Part shown: in pieces, positions 1 to 12,539 of the stretch
How the letters are laid out: each line of letters begins with the position of its first letter
How positions within the stretch are numbered: position 1 is the first letter of the stretch
Source: Eledone cirrhosa
Lineage: Eukaryota
Length of the DNA: 64,000 nucleotides
NCBI GenBank assembly: GCA_964016885.1
Contig: OZ024742.1
Span: forward strand, 116,002,001 to 116,066,000
Direction: 5' to 3'
Made by a program: the position numbers and the translations under genes
The notes under the pieces: model-generated
Database searches by the model: none
The model's input: only the letters and a program-made list of their open reading frames with translations
Told to the model about the DNA's origin: nothing

Positions 1-187
1 CGTATTACCCGTATTACCCGTATTTTGTTTAATTTCATTGTTTTCACTATTTGTATTAATTTGACTCTCCCTCCAATGAATTATATCGTTGAAATTTTGT
101 AAACTTTGCTTGACGACATCTTCTACATACGGTTTACATTGAGTTCTTCATACGTTTTTGACCCTACCATTAATTGATGGATTTATC

Positions 188-218
<31 letters not shown>

Positions 219-357
219 TTATTTATTTAGGTTTGTTGATTCACCACTGGATAGAACTCGTTGTAATATTATGGAGAGCACTCAACGTAATGCAACTCAC
301 CCGTCTTCGTTTGTGTAGTTGGTGGTGCGATGGTGCGAGTACGGAGTTAATTATTAT

Positions 358-682
358 AAAATAACCGGAGGCTGGACTGGTGTAAATCCTTGAAAGGTTT
401 ATTATACTATGATCATTTCAATGACCGGGTTCAGTATGAATCCGGTGACATCATCAGGTATTCAATGTATAACTCGAGGGCGGCCGACTGAAGTAGAAGC
501 TGCAAATAGTAGGTCCTCATCTTGTCTCTGATGGTCAGCCCTATGGATTTTATCTGTTATATTCCTTTGTTATACTTTGAATACCTGATGATGTCACCGG
601 ATTTATACTGAACCCGGTCATTGAGATGATCATAGTATAATAAACCTTTCAAAGATTTACATCAGTCCAGCCTCGAGTTATT
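358..682. mobile_element. Fold-back insert (~105-115 bp inverted arms) carrying a hammerhead; Penelope pLTR-like
   Basis: 368-472 is the reverse complement of 569-674 (gaggctggactg...tataac / gttata...cagtccagcctc). Each arm holds a hammerhead core. Followed by (TA)n(TG)n. Confidence 0.75.
404..461 (-). ncRNA. Type I hammerhead ribozyme (family A)
   Basis: Minus strand: atac CTGATGA tgtcaccgg-attcatactgaac-ccggtcatt GAA ATGATCAT A gtat. Helix I atac/gtat, palindromic helix III, AUA site. The plus-arm copy (581-638) has GAAA>GAGA. Confidence 0.7.
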
Positions 683-687
683 TTAGA

Positions 688-806
<119 letters not shown>

Positions 807-996
807 GAGGGTGGTGGTATGCAGGAGCCGATGAATAATCGAGTGGTGAAGTAGCATCAGCTCCTGCATTCGGAAACGGACTACAGCATCACCCTCAGCC
901 GCTTCACCAAATATCGTTGTTTGCCAAGTGTGTATGTATATAAATATATATAGAAATATCATACGGTTTATACCCTATCATTGATTGGTAGATTTA

Positions 997-1066
<70 letters not shown>

Positions 1067-1120
1067 TAAAAAAATAATGAATAAAACAATGAAACAGTTC
1101 CTTATATTAAACAAAAAAAG

Positions 1121-1275
1121 TTCATTATTTAACGATCGTTTCTAGGATATATATGTGTTAGAATTGGCATGCATATTCAACAGATCTATGTACAAAATTA
1201 TACAAAATTATACAAACTATCAAAATTAAGTATACATACCAAACACATATATATGCCGTCTTCAGAAATAATGAA
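1121..1275 (-). ncRNA. Type I hammerhead with very long helix II insertion (family B)
   Basis: Minus strand: ttcattattt CTGAAGA cggc-atatatatgtgtt...aacacatatatat-ccta GAA ACGATCGT T aaataatgaa. 10-bp helix I, 13-bp helix II segment, palindromic helix III. Second copy at 58197-58347 (+). Confidence 0.7.
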
Positions 1276-1499
1276 TTATATTTATTGATAATAACAACAA
1301 TTCAAAATTACAGGTCTGTTTGGGAACAGAGTTCAAATTGACCAATGAAAATACAAAAAAGTTCATACAGTTAGGTGTGTGTATATATATGTAAGTAACT
1401 TCGTTCACAGATATGCATAAAAATATATGTTCACATGCATACGCATGCCAAAAAGATGTATGTAAATACAAAAATTCAAGGCTAATGTCTCTGTATGTC

Positions 1500-1876
1500 T
1501 ATAATCTACAGATAAAATACGTACACACATATAAATATAAAATAAACATATACACACATTCATATACTCACACATATACGTACATTCACACACACACACG
1601 CGCGTATACGCATAAACATACACACAACCACGAACATACATACACACATACACCCCCACACACATATATATGTGTGTATATACTATTATCATAAGCATAT
1701 GGACATTAATGCGCGCACAAAAACACTGCCACACATATTTAGATCCAGATACAGAAAGTAGGTGGGGGGGGGAGAAGAGGTCAGTATTCACCGGTGTCAA
1801 CAGACTGCCTATTTATAAATGTATCTATGAACTTAGAAATAAAAAGAAAAGAAAAAGAAAAAAGAAATATATCAAG

Positions 1877-1913
<37 letters not shown>

Positions 1914-1914
1914 G

Positions 1915-2000
<86 letters not shown>

Positions 2001-2309
2001 CACATATATATAAACAAGTAAAATATAAAATATACATCGATATACATACATATACATATATATATATATATATATACACATACATGCATATACATACATA
2101 TACATACACATATACACAAACACATACATACTCATACATATAAATGCACACCATATAAATACACATACACATACACACACGCATACATATAGAGACACAT
2201 ACATATACACATATAAATACATAGACATATACACATATATATATATATACACATACACGCATACATATAAATATATATACATTCACAACACACGTATATA
2301 TATATATAT
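1500..2309. repeat. Compound (TA)n/(CA)n/(TACA)n microsatellite
   Basis: Seen directly; source of the spurious YI/HT ORFs. Confidence 0.9.
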
Positions 2310-2668
2310 ATAAAAACAAATAACGAAACGAAATTAAATTTCGTTTCGCTTCTAACTCACTTTTGTATGACTGATGCTTAAACAATTAAGTTAAAGTGTA
2401 CATCTACATATGTATACGGAAGTATTAGTATGCATATAAATACACACATGTATACATATGTACATGTACTCAGCTTTTCACTAGACACTTTACAGTGAGT
2501 GTCAGCTAGTCTGTATGTAACCACATATGTTTTTATCGTTTCCGCTGAACTGGTGCGTACAATGACTCATGTGCTATGCAAATTAGTCTACCCACTACTA
2601 ATTTTCATAGAAAAAGCATATAACGATATGTGCTTTTACAATTCTCCAGAGAAGCCGGAAGATGGGTA

Positions 2669-2713
2669 AATATTGCTGATGAGATGTAATAACATCGAAA
2701 CTAGTCCAATATT
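2669..2713 (+). ncRNA. Canonical minimal type I hammerhead (family C, copy 1)
   Basis: aatattg CTGATGA gatgt aata acatc GAA ACTAGT C caatatt. 7-bp helix I, 5-bp helix II with G10.1-C11.1, palindromic helix III, GUC site. Enclosed by ATTCTCCAGAG/CTCTGGAGAAT. Confidence 0.92.
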
Positions 2714-3137
2714 CCTGTCTGGCCCTCTGGAGAATAGAGGAAATGTATTTCCTTGAAAACCCGTATGACTCTAAAACCCGGTCCGTCTGTGTGGTTACAT
2801 ACAGACTAGCTGACACTCACTGTAAAGTGTCTAGTGAAAAGCTGAGTACATGTACATATGTATACATGTGTGTATTTATATGCATACTAATACTTCCGCA
2901 TACATATGTAGATGTACACTTTAACTTAATTGTTTAAGCGTCAGTCATACAAAAGTGAGTTAGAAGCGAAACGAAATTTAATTTCGTTTCGTTATTTGTT
3001 TTTATCGTTTCCGCTGAACCGGTGCGTACAATGACTCACGTTCTATGCAAATTAGTCTACCCACTACTAATTTTCATAGAAAAAGCAAATAACGATATGA
3101 GCTTTTACAATTCTCCAGAGAAGCCGGAAGATGGGTA

Positions 3138-3182
3138 AATATTGCTGATGAGATGTAATAACATCGAAACTAGTCCAATATT
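3138..3182 (+). ncRNA. Canonical minimal type I hammerhead (family C, copy 2)
   Basis: Identical to 2669-2713, 469 bp downstream. Confidence 0.92.
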
Positions 3183-3401
3183 CCTGTCTGGCCCTCTGGA
3201 GAATAGAGGAAATGTATTTCCTTGAAAACCCGTATGACTCTAAAACCCGGTCCGTCTGTGTGGTTACATACAGACTAGCTGACACTCACTGTAAAGTGTC
3301 TAGTGAAAAGCTGAGTACATGTACATATGTATACATGTGTGTATTTATATGCATACTAATACTTCCGCATACATATGTAGATGTACACTTTAACTTAATT
3401 G

Positions 3402-3402
<1 letters not shown>

Positions 3403-3457
<55 letters not shown>

Positions 3458-3667
3458 CTACACACATATATAAACACACTCTTGTATATACACACATACA
3501 TACCCACATATAAATATATATATATATACATACACACATACACACACATATATATATATATATATACACATATATATATACACACACATATATATATATA
3601 CACACACACATACACACACATACACATACACATATATAAAGATATATATACACACACACCCACATAT

Positions 3668-3723
<56 letters not shown>

Positions 3724-4091
3724 CACATACATACATACATATACACACATATATACACACACATACATACTCATACATAGACATACATATATACACACAC
3801 ACACATACACACATACATATACGCATATATACACATACATACACATCCATGTATGCGTATATACATACAAACAAACACCACCACACGCTCACACAGCTCA
3901 GACATACATGGATAAAGGGATATACATACACATATATACATATATAAATAGAGATACATATACATATATAAGTATATACACACGTACACACACAAACACA
4001 CATACATATACATACATACACACATACATACATACATATACACACACATATACACACATACATATATATATATATATACATATATATATAC

Positions 4092-4136
<45 letters not shown>

Positions 4137-4321
4137 TATAAAAAAATAAAGAAATAAGATAAATAAATAAATAAATAAATCAATACACACAGTCAGACAA
4201 ATATGCACACGCATACACATACATATATATAAATACACACACACACATATATATACACATATATATATATATATATACACACATACATACACATATATAC
4301 ATACACATACACACATCAACT

Positions 4322-4367
<46 letters not shown>

Positions 4368-4680
4368 TCACATATACATGCGCACATACGTACACATATA
4401 CACATACACACATATACACATATACATATACATGTGCATACATATACATACACACATATACCCACATAAATACATAGATACATATATATATACACATATA
4501 TATACACATATATATATACACACATATATACATATATATATACATATATATATATATATACACACAATCATACACCCTTATTTACATGCGCACATATCTA
4601 TTTTTATACTCACATACAAACACCCAAACATACATACCTACCTACATATACATACATACATCCACGCTTACAAATACAAA
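3403..4680. repeat. Compound (TA)/(CA) microsatellite
   Basis: Seen directly. Confidence 0.9.
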
Positions 4681-5321
4681 TAATAATAGTAGGGGGGGGG
4701 GGATTATAGTAAATATAGGTTTCAAGAGACATAGAATATTAATCTGCATTTAGATCATAATATGTGTTTACATAGTTTCAGTATTAGGAAATGTAAGGAA
4801 GAAGGCAAAATTATGTATTTCAATATAACTATACCATTAATTATAGGTTAACTAAACTAAAGATAGTTAATATATTGATTTCTAAGGTGTATACTACTTA
4901 GGTTTATAATATTTGAAGCGGAATTTTGAAGTAAAATAGTAGTAGAGTATTAATTATAGTATAACTAAATTAAAATTATTAACGTTATGGTATCAATATT
5001 AGGAAATGAATTTAGTAATAGGGAAAAACAAATAAAGTATTACATCGGTAGTAGAATATAAATTATAGGTTAACTAAATTAAAAATTATATATTAATTTC
5101 TATAGTATATGTTAATTAGGTTTATAATAATTAAAATAGATATTGTATTTTATCTATAGTAGAATATAATTATAGGTAAACAGAAATTAAAATTAAAATT
5201 AAAATTAATACATACACATATACATATACATATATATATACATATATATATATATACATACATATATATACACATACATATACATATTTTTTCAAAAATT
5301 GCAAAGAATATATTAACTAGG

Positions 5322-5434
5322 TATATCTTTCACCGAGAGTGATTTTTCATTGCATCTCTTCTTGCCATGATATCCGGATTACTTTGAGTTCTTCATACGG
5401 ATTGGACACTACCGTAAACTCTTGGTAGATTTAT
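5322..5434. repeat. Dispersed repeat end (...gagttcttcatacgg...ggtagatttat) abutting (TA)n
   Basis: Related copies at ~120-190, ~960-1000 and, inverted, 57922-58036. Confidence 0.65.
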
Positions 5435-5452
5435 ATACATATATATATATAT

Positions 5453-7835
5453 ATTGGAATAAATGCTCTGAAATAGCGATATATATGTGAATATAGACAT
5501 AGGATATTCGAAAATATTCTGTATGTTCATAATAAACATTTTGAAGACCTAATCGCTATAGAATAGAATACGTCACGTATTACAATTAGATTCTCGATAA
5601 AAGCAAGGGAAGTAAGTCTACGCGTTTCATTCTCGTTAGAAATCGTCAGGACTACATATCCAGTGCTTTCATCGAGAATGACACAGCTAGAGACTTATAG
5701 AATACTTAGCTGTGTACAGGAACTGGTTTGAAAGAGCGGTTGCCGGTCCGGCAGAAATTAGAAATTGGAATAAATGCTCTGAAATAGCGATATATATGTG
5801 AATATAGACATAGGATATTCGAAAATATTCTGTATGTTCATAATAAACATTTTGAAGACCTAATCGCTATAGAATAGAATACGTCACGTATTACAATTAG
5901 ATTCTCGATAAAAGCAAGGGAAGTAAGTCTACGCGTTTCATTCTCGTTAGAAATCGTCAGGACTACATATCCAGTGCTTTCATCGAGAATGACACAGCTA
6001 GAGACTTATAGAATACTTAGCTGTGTACAGGAACTGGTTTGAAAGAGCGGTTGCCGGTCCGGCAGAAATTAGAAATTGGAATAAATGCTCTGAAATAGCG
6101 ATATATATGTGAATATAGACATAGGATATTCGAAAATATTCTGTATGTTCATAATAAACATTTTGAAGACCTAATCGCTATAGAATAGAATACGTCACGT
6201 ATTACAATTAGATTCTCGATAAAAGCAAGGGAAGTAAGTCTACGCGTTTCATTCTCGTTAGAAATCGTCAGGACTACATATCCAGTGCTTTCATCGAGAA
6301 TGACACAGCTAGAGACTTATAGAATACTTAGCTGTGTACAGGAACTGGTTTGAAAGAGCGGTTGCCGGTCCGGCAGAAATTAGAAATTGGAATAAATGCT
6401 CTGAAATAGCGATATATATGTGAATATAGACATAGGATATTCGAAAATATTCTGTATGTTCATAATAAACATTTTGAAGACCTAATCGCTATAGAATAGA
6501 ATACGTCACGTATTACAATTAGATTCTCGATAAAAGCAAGGGAAGTAAGTCTACGCGTTTCATTCTCGTTAGAAATCGTCAGGACTACATATCCAGTGCT
6601 TTCATCGAGAATGACACAGCTAGAGACTTATAGAATACTTAGCTGTGTACAGGAACTGGTTTGAAAGAGCGGTTGCCGGTCCGGCAGAAATTAGAAATTG
6701 GAATAAATGCTCTGAAATAGCGATATATATGTGAATATAGACATAGGATATTCGAAAATATTCTGTATGTTCATAATAAACATTTTGAAGACCTAATCGC
6801 TATAGAATAGAATACGTCACGTATTACAATTAGATTCTCGATAAAAGCAAGGGAAGTAAGTCTACGCGTTTCATTCTCGTTAGAAATCGTCAGGACTACA
6901 TATCCAGTGCTTTCATCGAGAATGACACAGCTAGAGACTTATAGAATACTTAGCTGTGTACAGGAACTGGTTTGAAAGAGCGGTTGCCGGTCCGGCAGAA
7001 ATTAGAAATTGGAATAAATGCTCTGAAATAGCGATATATATGTGAATATAGACATAGGATATTCGAAAATATTCTGTATGTTCATAATAAACATTTTGAA
7101 GACCTAATCGCTATAGAATAGAATACGTCACGTATTACAATTAGATTCTCGATAAAAGCAAGGGAAGTAAGTCTACGCGTTTCATTCTCGTTAGAAATCG
7201 TCAGGACTACATATCCAGTGCTTTCATCGAGAATGACACAGCTAGAGACTTATAGAATACTTAGCTGTGTACAGGAACTGGTTTGAAAGAGCGGTTGCCG
7301 GTCCGGCAGAAATTAGAAATTGGAATAAATGCTCTGAAATAGCGATATATATGTGAATATGTAGTCCTGACGATTTCTAACGAGAATGAAACGCGTAGAC
7401 TTACTTCCCTTGCTTTTATCGAGAATCTAATTGTAATACGTGACGTATTCTATTCTATAGCGATTAGGTCTTCAAAATGTTTATTATGAACATACAGAAT
7501 ATTTTCGAATATCCTATGTCTATATTCACATATATATCGCTATTTCAGAGCATTTATTCCAATTTCTAATTTCTGCCGGACCGGCAACCGCTCTTTCAAA
7601 CCAGTTCCTGTACACAGCTAAGTATTCTATAAGTCTCTAGCTGTGTCATTCTCGATGAAAGCACTGGATATGTAGTCCTGACGATTTCTAACGAGAATGA
7701 AACGCGTAGACTTACTTCCCTTGCTTTTATCGAGAATCTAATTGTAATACGTGACGTATTCTATTCTATAGCGATTAGGTCTTCAAAATGTTTATTATGA
7801 ACATACAGAATATTTTCGAATATCCTATGTCTATA

Positions 7836-7839
<4 letters not shown>
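5453..7839 (-). mobile_element. 311-bp x6 tandem array plus ~1.5 inverted units, one hammerhead per unit (retrozyme-like)
   Basis: attggaat unit starts at 5453, 5764, 6075, 6386, 6697, 7008, 7319. Strand switch at ~7357-7360 through an ATAT microhomology. Inverted block runs to 7839. (TA)n flanks. Hammerheads on - at 5612-5655 and every +311, on + at 7361-7404 and 7672-7715. Confidence 0.9.
7361..7404 (+). ncRNA. Minimal type I hammerhead (family D; 8 copies in the array)
   Basis: gtagtc CTGACGA t-ttct aacg agaa-t GAA ACGCGT A gacttac. Palindromic helix III, GUA site. In complete units it is enclosed by attctcgatgaaagca/tgcttttatcgagaat. Confidence 0.85.
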
Positions 7840-7869
<30 letters not shown>

Positions 7870-7870
<1 letters not shown>

Positions 7871-8690
7871 GCTTGAAGTTAGAAGGCCAGAACAACGCAG
7901 GTATGGATATAGAATATAAATACAAATGCAAAAGGCATCGCTGACAATTAGTCTTTTACCTAAAATTTATTTGAATATCCTGATATTTCGAGATAATAAC
8001 TCTTCTTCAAAGGGAAGTAAAGGGGTTAATCCTGTGTTCTAATTAGCTTGCCAAGTTATGCTGACCGGAAATATTACTGAAACTCCATTCTATTTCTAAT
8101 GTCAAAGAGTGATGGTTAGGTGGATAAAGAGTTGTCTCCCTTTAAAAGGGTTTGAACATGTATGTCTAAGTGTAAGTGTCTGAGTGTGGGAGGATATATT
8201 GATATGTAAATGTGGGGGTTACATGCTCTATCATGTTAAAACTGGTCTATGTGTGTGCATGTGTATATGTGAGAGAGAAATAAAGGTGTAAGCGCGCTTG
8301 TGTGTGTGCGTGAGCGTGCGTGTGTGAGTGTGAGAGGATACGTGGAGATGTAAGTGTGGGACTAGGTGCTTTATCGTGTTAAACATTGGGTGTTGAATTC
8401 TAGTATGTTATTGATTGGTGGTTGTGTTTTGTCTATAATTAGTGCTTCTTTAATTCTAAGATTGCTGAGGTTTCTTTCTTCAGCTGCTATCCTAACTATT
8501 ATGTTTTTGCATTTCACTAGGTGTTTCTTAAATGAGGAAGCATTAGTGTTGACGTGTTCTTTTATTCTAATGTGAAGTGTCTGGTGGTGCTACCTATGTA
8601 AATATTGCTGCATTTGTCGCACTCTAATCTGTATACGGCTTAAGCCTGGTGGCATAGGTCTGTGTCGTCGATATATATTCCTGTTAAGTT
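7870..8690 (-). mobile_element. Penelope-like element 3' fragment (GIY-YIG endonuclease remnant + 3' UTR)
   Basis: Minus strand ~8640-8400 reads VYRLECDKCSNIYIG...EHVNTNASSFKKHLVKCKNIIVRIAAEERNLSNLRIKEALIIDKTQPPIN. Degenerate hammerhead (TTGAAGA..GAAATATC) at ~7979-8013. Confidence 0.75.
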
Positions 8691-9399
8691 GGAAGAACCC
8701 ACCAAAAATCATATTATTTTGTCACTTCTCGAACTATACACTTAATACAATAGAAACAGCAACACCAAAGAAAACGCTGTATATACACCAAGATGCAAAA
8801 AACTGGTTTTAGTAATGCAGTGACAATATGCAATAAAACTAATACTAGTAATGATGATTTCTAATTTAAGCACAACTCCAACAATAAATGCTGCGTTGTC
8901 AGAATTAGAGGGTTTACACTAAGACATGAGGGTACGAAAGAAATGCAATGGGTCTGATTGATGGTGGTGAGGCCTGGCAACAAATCCACAATCCGGTCAC
9001 TGATGGACAACGATGGGCGTATGCTACTTTATCCCAATCACATGTGTGCGGTTTTTCATCAGGTTTGCTCAACAGTTCGGGAGTTTTGCCTACCTCCACA
9101 GCTTGCTGCGGCACCCAGCCTCAGAGATGGAAGGTTACGAAACGGAGATAAGAGCCGCTGAAATACGTTGGGTAACTGCGTGTGGAATACGTCACCTTGA
9201 TTCTATGGTCTATGATACGAGCTATACGCTTAGATTCGATATTTATTCGGTGAACTCTTGGCAGACGCCTACTACAACTAACAGCAGAAGGGGAGAATTC
9301 TCTGTTATGTGAGCCGAGTGCGAGGTGTGCTACAAAGAAAGGGTCCGAACAATGGGGATTATGTATATAAGTGTAGGTCTCTTTATATACTAAACACAA

Positions 9400-10640
9400 A
9401 GGTTTTGGTCACGAGTTTGGCACTTATCATAGCTGGTCTAAAAGGGGAGGTGCAAGCATTTCGAACAGATACATACACGAACATCTCTATCTTGTAGGAT
9501 ACACCATAGGGATGGTGGTTATAGAACCTGAAACTGTTGGGGCCCTGTTAAATTTAGATCAATCAAAAAATTTCGATAGATTCGACTATCTGTACATGGT
9601 GGCAAGGGAGCTTCAGTCCCGGGCTAGATCACTGAACCGCACAGGCATCAGCTCTATGGTCAGATTGATAGGTCACCTCTCGCAACTGTCCAACGCTGTG
9701 TGCTTCGTCCACTTAACTTGTCCCATCTCGTCCATTTCGTATGTATTGATTCGCGAGCCGCTACAGCACGATATGGAGATTTTGAGGGGCGTCCGGGACG
9801 GAGCAGGATGCGGGATATCGGTGCCAGCATATGTCGACGAAGTAACTGTAGATTTATCGAATGCTTAACACATTAAGATGATCGGTATCGCTCCCAGAGA
9901 AGACGAGACATTAATAGCTCAGATCCTGTATAGAACGTTCTATGTCATAGATGTGCTTCACTCGTAGGGCTGCTAAGCTGACGGATCTTTTAAATTGGTG
10001 GGAGTCTTATTGTTCCAGACCTATAAAAGCACAAAGACTGGGACGAAGTAACAAGCAGGTTGACCACTCCCACCCAGAAATGGATAGAAAGTAAACTATG
10101 CTTCAAAGAACAAGCAGAGGTAGTGTCGTTTCCAGCATCTACTACCGTTTGACTACCTTGCCTTGTCCTGGTCAATATCTGACTGCACTGGGCATACCGT
10201 GACTGATAATGCGCAAACATGCGTTAAAGCTACAACTCCAGCCTTAGCAGTAAATAGATGTAGTATCTTTTGCTAGGCACTTTGTCTCCAGCTCGTCTCC
10301 TTGATTGAGCCGCAGCCATGGCTCAGACGAATACTGAGAGAGCGCGCGCTTGAAAAAATGGAATGTGTTCAGGGGTTCGGGCCCCTCTCCCAATCGGACA
10401 GTAGAGCGATGTAAACTCCACCTTAGATTTATGTAGATGGTTAGTGATAGGTAATATAGATGATGTTCTTCAGGAGACTCTGAGCGTCGACGAAAATCAA
10501 CTAGCCATACTTTCTAGATGATTTTTCTTCTAGGTATCATGAATAACTTCCAAAAATTTACCGCTTTTCAATCCTATTGGGACCGTTGCCTATTCGAGAT
10601 AAACTCTACAGATATGGATGTGCCGTAACCCATGTTTGAC
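9400..10640 (+). pseudogene. Degenerate L1/Tx1-like LINE reverse transcriptase fragment
   Basis: GALLNLDQSKNFDR resembles LDQEKAFDR; PAYVDEVT resembles YADDIT. Many stops and frameshifts; boundaries approximate. Confidence 0.65.
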
Positions 10641-10879
10641 CGAGCTGCACAGAGTCGTCGGGTATTGCTGATTTGAGGGTTTATATCGAATGCATGCATC
10701 TCAGCAGTACACTTCCGTCTCTTAGCTGAGTCCATTATGAACAAAGAAGTCATATGCTTGACTCTCTTTTGAAAGGACTGAAAATAGCCCTGATTAATGT
10801 TTACATGTTTCATCAAGGTAGAGAACGAAGTGTTACATTCCAACCTGTTTGTTGAAAGACTAGAGTTAGATTGTCGATC

Positions 10880-12340
10880 ATGGCTAAGTATACGCTTGTA
10901 TATTAGAACCGGAAAACTGGGAGGGATAACTACTCGAAGAAGGAGGACCTAATTGAAATTTCTGGCCTATATCTTCTTAACAAGGCAGAGGTTTTAGCAA
11001 GGTTTTAGCAAAGAAGTAGATGCTTGTCGGGAAATGTCTAATTTGGGAAGCAAAGACATTCGCAGCCCCGATCAGACGAATACAAAACAACCTCCACAAC
11101 ATATGATATATCATAGAGAGTGAAATTAGTACGCCTGGCGTCCGTGGGCCTCTGACACTGTATATTAATCGAAGGCCTTCCATAAAGTCAACCATCGCTG
11201 CAGGGAAGCTACCCTTTAGGCAGCTGGTTTTGGTCACGTTTGGACCGCTTCAATGAATAGTTCAGTAATAACAATAAATGATACCCTATAGGAACCATTT
11301 CAGCCCATGTATTTTCCGTCAAGTATGCCCTCTGTCTCCACTTCTTTGTGTACTGACTCACGAGAAAGTACTGCGAAAACTGGAGCTGTTGAAGGCCATC
11401 GTGTTCGAACTGGGGCATGGACGTTCTGCGTCGGTGTATGAAGAAGAGCTGATGGTGTTGAATATTACCGAAATCGATGTAGGAGCAAATTATTAGGGGA
11501 ATAACAAAATATGTTGGTGCCGGCGCGTATATACCCTTCGTCATGAACAACCATCTGACCGTAATATCTTGTACTAGTTAGCACCTCAACAAACTAGAAG
11601 ACCTGGTCTTCCTCTTTTTGTGGAACGGACAGGTTCTACTTGTCTATCCAACCATCTACAGCCAACACACATTTATGGATGGCTCAAGCATACGCTGGCT
11701 GATGATGCGCAAAAATGCTACAAGGATACGGCCTTTGTACATATTCCTAAATATTCCAATGCTGTCAGTGGAAATTCCACTTTAGCGTTCAATAGAGATA
11801 TAGTGGTAGCCAAGTACGACGATGTACTCGGAGAATCTCTGGCCGTCGACAAAATCGAATTAACTCCTCTGTTCCGGAGTACGCTTGAACTGGATCAGGC
11901 TATCGACCGACTCCATCCTGAAGGTCGCTCTGCCACCTTCTTTTACCTAGAAAAGGGCAGAGAGTTTTCCTCTGTTTTGTAGCTGTTCCTCTTAGATAGA
12001 AAGGTGAGGCATATTTGTTAAAATGTGGATGAATGTAAGGAAAAGGCACCTAGATGAGCATTCTCTGACTATGCGCCTGTAGACTGGATACTCTCCAGAG
12101 AAGATGGTATCTTTCTACGGTGCTCTTTTGGAGATTAGGGTGGTTTTGATATGTGGCGTTTCTTAGATACCCCTTGGGGTTCTCCTCCATTGAGGAATGT
12201 TTATTCTTATTATTTTATTGTTTATTATCTGTTTTATTTGTTTACATCAGTGTTTTGTTAATCTCCACTGTAACTTTCGTTTGTATTGTCCTACATAATT
12301 CGACCCTTGTGGCCCATAAAGAAAGGATTATATCATTATT
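10880..12340 (+). pseudogene. Second degenerate L1/Tx1-like LINE fragment with 3' end
   Basis: FRQVCPLSPLLCVLTHEKVLRKLE resembles RQGCPLSPLLY. Parallels the 9.4-10.6 kb copy and ends in a T-rich UTR with an (att)n tail. Confidence 0.65.
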
Positions 12341-12344
12341 AGTG

Positions 12345-12482
12345 TGCTATTTCGTTTAGCTCAGTTCAGTTTCTCTACTAGTGGTTTCAGGTCTTGAACC
12401 TAGAGTAATATATGTATTCATTGTAGAGAGAACTCATCTGAGAATGTGTGCTGTTCCTAGTAGCCCGATCCTCTGTAGCTCA
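12345..12482 (-). mobile_element. 3' terminal fragment of an R4/Dong-like RLE LINE
   Basis: Minus strand reads ELQRIGLLGTAHILR*VL, the typical C-terminus. Bounded by (att)n. Confidence 0.6.
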
Positions 12483-12539
12483 TATTATTTTTATTATTAT
12501 TATTATTGTTGTTATTATGGGAATGTTATATTGGTGGGG

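Larger units (their letters stand above)
2310..3402 (+). mobile_element. 469-bp partial tandem repeat with inverted leading segment, one hammerhead per unit (retrozyme/pLTR-like)
   Basis: Units start at 2528 and 2997 (period 469, confirmed by identical ORFs 2598/3067). 2310-2525 is the reverse complement of ~2790-3006. Flanked by (TA)n on both sides. Confidence 0.85.

Noticed and set aside
2598-3285. Duplicated 72-aa ORF
   Set aside because: By-product of the 469-bp repeat, antisense to the ribozyme, no homology recognised.
3212-4683. Long ORFs rich in YI/HT/CV (also near 1.8, 30, 38, 42.7, 49.5, 53 and 62 kb)
   Set aside because: Translations of (TA)n/(CA)n microsatellites, which lack stop codons.
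5453-7360. CRISPR array or plain satellite
   Set aside because: No repeat-spacer alternation; units are identical. Ribozyme content, inversion and a dispersed second locus argue against a simple satellite.
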